From Flaccisagitta enflata (Eukaryota): a DNA stretch of 64,000 nucleotides. The number at the start of each line of letters is the position of its first letter. The first letter of the stretch is position 1. The notes below the pieces were generated by a model that did not search any database, was not told the origin of the DNA, and was given only the letters and a program-made list of their open reading frames with translations. The stretch is from assembly GCA_965153355.1 (NCBI GenBank), contig OZ231126.1, positions 46,934,001 to 46,998,000 of the forward strand. Reading direction: 5' to 3'. Both the position numbers and the translations under genes were made by a program. Of this stretch, positions 34,076 through 64,000 are shown piece after piece.

Positions 34076-37000
34076 TCAGTGGTTGCGTCAGTTTGGTCCG
34101 CTGGATGCTAACCAAAGGATTTGGCGATTTCGCGAAACCTATCTGCTCTCCATTGATGCAATGTCTTCTCAACATCGATTGCGCCGTTCGTAAAATCAAT
34201 GAGAGAATACGGATTTTCAAGTTAGTAAACCCCGGATTGAATGATTATGAATACAGAAAAATCTTGTGAATGAAAAACGTAGATGTTCATTCTATGAATA
34301 ATTGATTATATGTACAAGTGCAATCAGAACGAAACATATGCCTCTGTCTGTAGGGAAATGATGGAATTGATGCCCTCTGAATTGACGCGAGCCACCATGG
34401 ACAGCACCGACAGGCCGACTAGCATTCTTATTTGCGCATGTTCAAGGGCGTCGCAGGACACATCTGACAAATCCTTCTTCCTCGCTTGCGTGAGAAAGAT
34501 TTTCGACCGTCTCACCGACTATTATGACGAGGACACGCAGAAGGTGGTTCTCCAGGTGGGTTAAAGCGTTTCAAATGATGTTAACCTCGCCAAACACAAA
34601 AACAAACAGCAAGAATAACAAATTCATCATGTACCCGATAATCTACCGACTTTCTTGCGCAGCTCCGAAATTCCGAGGGGAATACTTGCGTTCACGAGCT
34701 GTCTCGCTTGGACGATTGCTTGCCACTTTTACGGAGGACCTACGAACTTTGCAAAAAGTTGGGTATCGTTGACGACGTCTTCAAGTCTGCAAATTTACGA
34801 GGGAAAACGGCGCTCGACGTCGCTGCCGATGCGGGCGCCATTCGCGTCGTGACTTTTCTATCGCCAATCATACCGGCGTCTAATACCGCGCCACCTCCCA
34901 TTAGAACGCCGGGTGACGCCGCTCGTGACAAAGGTCCCAATTCCAAATCAGCGACGCCGACGCCGTCGTCGTCCGACGGTGGGTTGCGACTGGGCGAAGA
35001 GACGATCGCACCCACTGTCCTTGGTACGTTCGTTCACCTTTTTGGATTTGTTTGTTTGTTTGTTTTTTTTGCGGGGGGGGGGGACGGTGGGGAGATAGGG
35101 GATGTTGTGGAAAAGTGGAGTCCTTGGAGATATTTGTAGTAGAAATACAGTTGAACCCCGGCAATTTTAGTAAGGAAAAGGAATATCATGAAAGGTTTGA
35201 GATTTCTTGTCTGTCATAGGCGGACTACCTTTACTCTCGGGCCCGTTACTGCGGGTAGCAAGTAGCAACTGAAAATTGATGTCTTATGTTCCTAATCCAT
35301 CACTGAAGTATTCATGGTTTTTATTTTGTAGACAAATCGGGAGCTGAAAATGGTATGGCTAGTGAAGCGGTGTCACAGTTGGGCAATACCCTCAGTAACG
35401 CCAACGAAGGTCCAACTGATGGGACGAACAAAGAAATAACGCGCATTTCATTACCCGTCCCCGTTGAGGAGGAAGAGCAAAGTCAATACGGCGGAAAGGA
35501 CAGAGGTGAGGGTGGATACTGGATAGAGAAGTAATTTGGTTTGAGATGGAAGTGGACGGAAAATCGACAATGATTATAACGAGGCCGGATACAACGCCGA
35601 TAAATACAGTAGTCGCTGGAGGGTGGGCTGAGGCAGTATTGTTGGTGGGCTGGGGCAGGAGGGCTGTAATGTGGCTGGGCAGGGGTGGTAACTGTCAGAA
35701 ATCACTACTCCAGTCGATTTCGCGTCATATCAAATTTCGCTCAAATTTCCTCCATATCAATCTTCCAAGGGACGCAATCTCTTGTAGAGTTGCCTAGAAA
35801 GTGACTCAACAAGGCCATCGCGTTACAAGTCGCGTGCGGTCTTGAAGACTAAAAGACTAAAGACCTAAAGATAAAACAACTAAAAGCAGGAGCAGTAATG
35901 CGAAAAACGCTCCAAAACGCCGTATAAAGCTAACGGCGACCGACCGACCGACCGACAGACCAACCGACAGACAGACCGACCGACTGACCGACATAGCGGT
36001 TCAGAGTCGCGTAGCACGCGACTAAAAACTGGGACAATTCATTTGCAGCAGAGTTCCCTAATATGACTGGACGGGCGGAAGTTGCCGAGATTCTACAGAC
36101 CGGAGGGGTAGTAACTAACTTCGTAGAATTTGGGTCATGCCGCGAGCCTTTCCCAAATCTTACGTGGCTATCGCACTCGTTCTTTATTTGTATCATACTC
36201 TGATCAATGCATTCTAACCTCCGTCGGAAATTGAAATCGTTAATGTCATCTCTCTCTCGTCGTTGTAATTTTATTTTACTGATTTTGTTAATGGAAAGGT
36301 TGTTTGTAAGTTTGGGGAGGTGCTGTTAATATGGGCCTATTTTACACCGACGTGAAGATAATGTGTTTAAAATGTTAATCAGTAATATAGAGACGCTGCA
36401 ATATGCAAATTAGTTTTATGTTCAAAGCACCCGTTACCGTACAATCATCTTTAATCCCAGCACTTCGCTGTTTTAAACATCGTCATGCAATCTTTAGTTT
36501 CATCTATAACTTAATATTGCTTCTCGTTCTCATTCAGGTGATAATCGCTTAAATCGTGATTTGTTTCGTCCACTTTTTCGCGGCGATCTGAAAACGGATG
36601 CGAAACTCAAGATTGTCGAGAAACATCTAGCCGAGAAAAAGAAGCTCGCCGCTGACATTCAATCTAGAATGGAGAAGCACGGCAAGAATATCGACGACAT
36701 AAAGTCTAAGTACATATGACAAGTGGAACAATATCCCTCACTATACCCAAACTGAAATAAGAGAGATTCAGACTTGTGAACCCTCTCTGACTAGTTAATA
36801 CGCGCACAACTCCTAGTTTTCCATAAAACTAAACCGGAAAACTTGCTTTCTCAATTTCACCCAAAAACAAACTACTTAACAAAAGTAGTAAAGTGCAAAT
36901 GATTGTTACCTGTGTAACCAAAATTCAACAAATCACCCGAGGGTAACATTGTTAGGAAACCATGCTCTTAGCGGATTATCATTTGTTCATGAGATCATCC

Positions 37001-40000
37001 ACACAATGCTTTTAGCAGAAAGGTGAAGTTTAGTTGGTCTTCTCTTTTTTCTCCTCCCTTCAAGGATTATTGAAACCGAGGACGACACAAAGAAGAAGAT
37101 AGAAAACATGAAAGTGATCTACGAACTGTTGTTACGGACTCAGCAGTCGATAGGCGTCAACGATGCCAAAGTCAAAGAATTAAACGCTCAGTTGGTCGGA
37201 GAGCGGAAAACGGTCGCCGCGCATGAAAAGGTGAAGAATTTTGACAGCCCTTCTCTTGCCCCAGCAAATTAATAATTGTAGTAGTGTCTTAACAACCTAT
37301 GTATGATATGTTTGTTGGAGTGCCTAAAAAAGAACTTCTCCAACTAAAATCTTTTTCCTTTGCAAAAATGCTTTCAGATGAGCGACTTCCAAATCAATCG
37401 GGAACCATTGTTAGGGAGACTTTTAAATTTCCATAGAAATGACAGAGAAAAAATTTGCATAATGAAAATATTGATTGGATGGATAATCCGATACAAACTT
37501 TAACCTTACCCTAATGATGGTTCATGATTGAATTGTGAGTTCTGCAACAGCTCATTGGAAAAAATATTTGGAAGGGAAAAATAGTTTCGTGGGGGAAAGT
37601 TCAATTTTGGCTTTTTTAGGCACCCTGACACACAGCACTGAAGGGTCAGGATTAGTACTGGTCAATTACTACGTCATAAACTTGAAATCATGATTTTGTT
37701 CCGGTCCATCTCGAACTTGACCAATTAATGCGGGGGAATCAGCTCTACGCTGGCCAGGGTGCCTAGAAAAGCCAATATTGAACTTTCCCTGGTAAAAATG
37801 TTTTTCCTTTGCAAAAATGCCTTCAAATAAGCCGTTGCGCGACTATCAAATCATACGGTGACTGTGAAGTTTCCATAAAGATACATGGCAGAGACTAAAT
37901 TTGCATAATAGAAAAACAGATGCTAATGGCAATGCTGATTCAATACAAAAGTCAACCTCATCCTAACGATGGTTTGACAGGATTTCTGCAAAGGAAACAG
38001 ATGATCGTCTTGGGGAGGCCAGATTTGCCCGTTTTCGGCACTCTTGACACACGTAATCTCCACTTTACAAATAATACATTTCCATGTCTTTATGCTAGAA
38101 TGTAAATGCTGACAGATTTTTTGAATGAACATTGCTTAAAATCAAATTTACCACAACTGTAACAATATCGCTCGTTTGGCGGTTGTTAGGGAGCTTTACA
38201 GGGCTGTCACACATAGTTACGCTCCCTAGCAATGGCCAAATGCGATATTCGTATTGAACATGATGCGGGAAAGTTGTACAGTGGGGTTCGTGGAATAATG
38301 GCCTAAACTGGAGGAAGGTATTTAAGTGTCTTAATTTCATTTGACAAACTTGATATTTGAAATACAAGTTGCTTGATCGCTGCTTTTGTTCCTGAGTTTT
38401 TCAGTTGCTGTGGAAAATTTTTCCGAACATTTTTAACTACTAGAATATCAATATTTTGACAAATATTATCAGGGAACATTATTCAGAATTCAATTTGCTA
38501 CAACTTTCCCACAGTGTGTTCTGTGAGAATAATGCTCGTTTGGCTGTTGCTAGGGAGCTTCATTTAGCAGTTGCTAGGTGTGATGCCCCCTAGCAACGGC
38601 CAAACAAGCAATATTCTTACAGAACATATTGTGGGAAAGTTGTAGCATATTTAATTCTGAGCAATGTTCCCTGATAACATTTGCCGAAATATTGATATTC
38701 TTGAAGTTATAAATGTTTGAAAAAATGAATTTGATTTCCATAGCAACTGAAAAACTCAGGGAAAAAAAACATCGATTGATAAACTTATATTTCAAATATT
38801 AAATTTGTCAAATGAATTTAAGACACTCACATACCTTCCTCCAGTCAAGGCTGTTATTCCAGAAACCCCACTGTAGCAAATTTGATTTACAACTATATAT
38901 TTAATTCTCTAAAAACAAGGCCACCACCTATAAGTCGCGTGCGGGACATAAATAGCTTAAGATGACTTAAATTGACTTTAAATGACTCAAGGTGACCTGA
39001 AATGACATAAAACGACTTTAATGACCATTTTGACCTTATTGACTTAAGTGACTTAGTATGACTTTATATGACTTTATATAACTTAAAATGACTTGGAATG
39101 ACTTAAAATGATTTAGAATGACTTATAATGGCATGTGGGAAGGAGCTGTGAGCCCAAAAACCTAAAGAACGCCAAAAAAGTAATAGTCGCAAAAGCGTTA
39201 GATGGTCAGCGGTACCCATGCCCTGCCTTAGTAGATTGTGGTTGAAGTTGAGGGGGGAGCAGGACAGCGGCACCGAAGGGGTGGATGACCTATGCTTTCA
39301 CACAGGGGAATTTTCTCCTTCTCCTCCGTTCCCCCTCCCCCCACCTCCAGGCCCAAGTCTCAGCCTCAAAGCCCATATCCCAGCCTTGAGGCCCAAATCC
39401 CAGTCTTGAGGCCCAAATCCCTTGAGGCTGGAATTCGGGCCTCATGGATAGGATTTTGGCTGTAAGATGGGATTTGGGCCTTGAGGTTGGGATTTGGTCC
39501 AAATCCCAACCTCAAGACTTGGATATAGCCTCAAGACTGGGATATGGGCTGTGAGGCTGAGATATGGGCCTGGAGGTGGGGGGGGGGTACAGAGAAGGAA
39601 AGCATCGACCCCTTTGGGGCCGCTGCCCAAAAAGGGAACCGACCGACTGACCAACCAACAAAGTGGGGTGTAGAGTCGCGTAGCACGCGACTAAAAATCT
39701 GTCATAATATTGATATTTTAGCGACAATACATGGGAATGTTTCCATGGCAACCTGCTATCATGGGGAATAGATTACTCTTTTACTAATCACAATGCTTGC
39801 CCCCGTTATCTCAAGTCTAGACGGAATCTACTATTAAGGTGTTGGCCTTGGAAAAATATTCAAAACCATCTAAATCTGATTTTGGACTTGTAACTGCAGG
39901 CCTGTATATTCTTCCGTATTCCCCCCCCCTGGTGGGGGGGGGAAAATAATCAAAGGGTTTGGGGAAACGGAAGGAAAAGGAAGGAGGAAAAAAGAGGAAA

Positions 40001-40402
40001 AAAAGAAAATTTGAGGAAAATATAACTTTTGGCAGTAACAAATCATAAAACATGATAAGTAGAACACAATTAGCATTATTTAAGCCTTAAACACACTGTT
40101 TTATTGCTTTATGGGGAAGAAATTCATAGATTTTGTTACGCGACGCGATGCGTCGTGGGGAAGAAAATCAAAGGCAGGGGGGGGAAAATAATCAAAGGAT
40201 ATGGAATTATATACACCCCTGCTTGTAAGAGACTACGTAACGGTTCTGAATGTGTTGCAATCAGATTATTCTGTATGCACGTGGATCATAATCACTTATC
40301 ACTTTTCTACAGGTTTCTCAAGAGTTGACTGACGTCGTGGCGATCATGGACCAACTTCATTCTACATTGACTAATCAAATAAAACTGGATGGCTCTAGAT
40401 AG
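34076..40402 (+). CDS. Ankyrin-repeat protein with a C-terminal coiled coil; 5' exon(s) not identified
   Basis: Phase-consistent GT-AG exons 34076-34220, 34354-34555, 34663-35023 (NSEGNTCVHEL; NLRGKTALDVAADAGAIRVVTFL, ankyrin motifs), 35332-35505, 36538-36709, 37065-37230 and 40313-40402 (TAG). The last three exons are K/E/L-rich and heptad-like. Confidence 0.72.
38279..38873. mobile_element. Tc1/mariner-type foldback MITE, 595 bp
   Basis: cagtggggtt...aaccccactg termini flanked by TA on both sides; the element is palindromic over most of its length. Confidence 0.82.
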
Positions 40403-41230
40403 CGATGCGACAGTTGTTTGGGATGCCCGCGGCCTGAGGGGCTTCTATATGTGTGATAATTTTCACTCTCGGCAGCTGCCCCTTTATCTCTCTAGCTGCT
40501 AAAAACGATTTGGACGCGGTGAAATCGAATGACTCCCATTTAATGATCACCATCAAATGATCCCCTTTGAATGAATCCCTTTGAATGAACCCGATATAAT
40601 TGTCCCGTCAAATAGAAATCGCGAATACAATCTCTGACTCGATTACACTTCGTAGTTTGTTTTATTATACTGTTGTTGTAGTATGTTTATGACTATCGGT
40701 AAAATGGTAGACCTCAGCTATGCTCAGCTCAGCTATGCTAGGAGAACCTGTCGTTTTTGGAGTGGTTAATATTTAATAAGACTATTGATAAGCTATCTGC
40801 TACCTAGTTCTCTGACACAGAAGTCAATTAATTTCTTGACAGAAGTCGGACATAGGCAACGTTTAATATCGAATGAAAAAAATATCAATCCCGGCACTAG
40901 TGAGTAGCGTTAGTACCTTTGAAAAGATGGCGCTATTTTTGCATAGGGATAATCTCAGCAAATTTACAAAATGATGAAGCGCAAACAACGTAGTCCGGAT
41001 TTTGTACAACGTAAAAAGCATATCCGCCGAAAGAAAACGCCAAAGGGGTTGAAAGGTCGACCGAGTTTTCATTGCCAAAAATACGAATCTCTCTTCAATG
41101 GATAAGAAATTGCTATAATTTGGTCTGAAATAATAGTTAAAGAGCAGATTAAAATTCTGTTGAACTCAGTTTTACCCAAGAATTAAGGAAGCAACTTAGT
41201 ACTACGCATCCTGATAGTCATGATATTAAT

Positions 41231-42554
41231 AGGGTCCAGAAATATATAAAAAGCGTGATCTAATTTGATCCGTTTGTCACAAGACCAATTAAAGGATGGG
41301 GAATCAGCTCAGACCACCAAAAAAATTCTCTGGTCAGATTTGGGCCGCTGCCGCTACATATCTCAGGTCAAAAAGCTGTATTAAGGTCAAAATTTCAAAA
41401 TGGGAAATTTTAAAATCTGACTGCAGATTCGGAATCCTTACAAAAAACTACTAAAAGAATGTGCCTTTCTTTTTTTGATATTCCATCTGGAACACAGTCA
41501 AAATTATCATCAAATGTTAGAATAAACAAAATTTTAAACAAAAGAGCAAATTTTGCCCGAATATGACTTTTGAAGGTAAATTACACTAGGTTCTAGTTCG
41601 AATATTAAAAAAAGAAAGACATAGTCTTTTGATACTTTTTTTGCAAGGATTCCAAATCTGCAATCAGATTTTTAAATTTCCCACTTTGAAATTTTGACCT
41701 TATATTGCCTTTTGACCTGAGATGTGTAGCGGTAGCGGCCCAAATTTTGACCAGAGAATTTTTTTGGTGGTCTGAGCTGACTCCCCATCTTTTAATTGGT
41801 CTTGTGCCAAATGGATGAAATGAGATCACGCTTTTTGGGCAGCGGCCCCGAAGGGGACGAAGTCCTGTAGAACACAGGGGGATTTTCGTTCGTCCGTTCG
41901 TTCGTTAGTTCGTTTGTTCGTCCGTCCGTCCGTCCGTTCGTCCCCCCATCAGGCTCCTCAGGCCTCAAATCTGGCCTCTGAGACCTCAAATCTGGCCTCT
42001 CAGACCCCAAATCTGGCCTCTCAAGCCTCAAATCCGGCCTCTCAGGCCTCAAATCAAGCCTCTCAGGCCTCAAATCCGGCCTCTCAGGCCTCAAATCCAA
42101 CCTCTCAGGTCTCAAACCTGGCCTCACAGGCCTCAAACTAGGCTTCGTAGTCCTCAAATCCAAATCCTCAAGCCTCAAACCTAGCCTCTCAGGCCTCAAA
42201 TCAGCTATCTAAGCCTCAATTCATTGCTCTCAGGCTTCAAATCAGTCCTCTGACCTTTCAAGCCTTAATCCAGCTCTCTTAAGCCTCAAGTCAGCCCTCC
42301 CATCACCAATTGGCAGCAGCCTTCTTATACCTCAGTTTAGGCTCTAGAAGGCCTTCAGTCAGCCCTCTATCGCATCTCATCCACATCTGCAGGCAGGACG
42401 AATGAAAGTCCCCCTGTGTTCTACAGGACTTCGTCCCCTTCGGGGCCGCTGCCCTGCTTCCCCTCACTCCAATTCACAATCACTCAAAGCAGGGCAACGG
42501 GTATCGCTGACCACATATTGCCCTTGGGCGACCTGTTATATATTTCTGGACTCT
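41231..42554. mobile_element. Long-TIR foldback MITE interrupted near its right end by the element at 41837-42538
   Basis: 41248-41480 is inverted relative to 41605-41836; agggtccagaaatatata (41231) pairs with tatatatttctggactct (ending 42554). Confidence 0.72.
41837..42538 (+). mobile_element. HINE-like element with a 44-bp subterminal inverted repeat and 21-bp internal tandem repeats; related copies at ~16500-16730, 39258-39630 and 58617-58960
   Basis: gggcagcggccccgaaggggacgaagtcctgtagaacacagggg with its exact reverse complement at ~42411-42454; (cgtt/cgtc)n; (tcaggcctcaaatccggcctc)n; tgcccttgggcg hairpin at the end. Confidence 0.75.
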
Positions 42555-43954
42555 GTTAGTCATGATATTGGTTACCCCCGTCACTTGACTTGGGAAGATC
42601 CCGAAGTCTTACGGATCAGGCAGAACATATTTTATGTTGGGAGGCAATGAAAACTTAAAGCGGGGTAACATCGTCGCGGACCGGAGCCTGGGGGGGGGGG
42701 GCAGCCCGGTGGAAATGCGTTTTTGACGCTTTCCAGCTCTGGCGCTATGGACCAACCGACCAACCATCAGTCGGACGGACATAGCCTCTGAAAGAGTCGC
42801 GAGGTCACGACTTAAGTCTCTTAAGCGAACGAATCTATCATTTAAGTAGAATATACAAAGACTCCGAGATGTGGGGTTGGGGTAACGGGTATCGCTGAGG
42901 CTTGTGTAGGGACTATGAAACATTTGACGTAATACTATCTTCACAAATAAAATCTTCCCGCCTCAAAACAAGTATCAACTTTGAAAATGTGCTGCTTCTT
43001 AATTAACAAAGTTGCTGATTGCAGATTGGTCTTATATTAATGAGTTGAAACAACTCTTTCAAATGGGACAAATCTGGTTGTTATAGATTTGTTTGTTTTA
43101 AAGCAGGTTTCTTCAAAAGTTAATGGTAGTTTTCAGGTGGGAAGATTTTTTTTGTGAAGATAGTATTTTGTGAATTGTCGAAATTGTAGAAGGTTGCGCT
43201 TATATGCTATAGCATAGAATGACCAAATTAGCAATCGAAAGGATAGCACAATATCAATGAATTATACGAAATTTCGTAACTTAATTTAATTGGCATGAAT
43301 TTCTCGAGGTTGTATATAATTGTAGTGACTAGCAGTTGCTTCAGGTTTTCACACGTTGCCTTAAAAGACGCTTCGAGGTCATCTAAATAATGTAAAATGG
43401 TTAAGAATAAAGCATATGCTTTAATGACGGGTTGGTACTACTGTAATCAGTTCGCCGTTGAAGGCACTAAATAATTGGACAGATCGTTTCGTAAACACAA
43501 TCAAACTATATCCACATTCCCAAATTGGGGAGTATTTTAACAAGAGCATGTTGATTAGCGGGTCGCTTCGATTCGAAAAGTAGGATTGGATACGGAGTGG
43601 ATGATCGAAAACGGGGGGGGGAGGGGGGCGACGGCGCTAAACTGTAAATCACAGACGACAAAAAGAGAGTGAACAACTACGCTGATAAAATGCCATAAGA
43701 TGGTAAATTTAAAAATATGTGTGGAATTGATAGCAGGAGAGAAAAAAGATAGTAAGATAAAGCGGTAGAAGCGTTGCCCAGCCGGTACGTGTCAATGTAA
43801 GGGATTACCGCACCACATACAGTCCACGCGTTTCTTCGCCTCAGTACTCTCTTAGTACTGAACCGTGTAGCACAATTCACGACACGTTAAAAGAGTCGTT
43901 CAATGTCTTTCCTTTCTTATCGTTAATGACTACCCACCATGAGTAGCGAGTATA

Positions 43955-63992
<20,038 letters not shown>

Positions 63993-64000
63993 TTGATGTA

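Noticed and set aside
36049..36170. Possible extra exon of the ankyrin gene (EFPNMTGRAEVAEIL...)
   Set aside because: It has an acceptor but I found no phase-1 donor; 35505 joins 36538 in frame without it. Not excluded.
41792..42199. RPERPDL-repeat ORF
   Set aside because: Translation of the 21-bp internal repeat of a non-autonomous element.

Overview
Eukaryotic (metazoan, probably invertebrate) genomic DNA: intron-rich, extremely microsatellite-rich and full of small non-autonomous transposons. Four spliced genes could be assembled by hand from splice sites and reading phase. (1) A divergent ferlin-family gene (C2B-FerI-C2C exons, minus strand, running off the left edge). (2) An OATP/SLCO transporter gene (minus, ~22.0-27.8 kb) for which only the C-terminal half is visible; it also has a duplicated symmetric exon and a 1-nt frameshift/stop next to a GC donor. 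(3) An ankyrin-repeat plus coiled-coil gene (plus, 34.1-40.4 kb) whose 5' end was not found. (4) A TENT4/PAPD5-7 (Trf4) non-canonical poly(A) polymerase (minus, 44-64 kb) with an intact catalytic core and very large low-complexity N- and C-terminal extensions (~2,800 aa predicted). Introns and intergenic DNA hold many Helentron-associated (HINE/DINE-1-like) elements in several co-varying subfamilies, hAT- and Tc1/mariner-type MITEs with visible TSDs, nested insertions and local tandem duplications. Most ORFs in the supplied track are microsatellite artefacts. No CRISPR, rRNA, tRNA or autonomous transposase was seen. All family calls come from motif recognition, not database searches.
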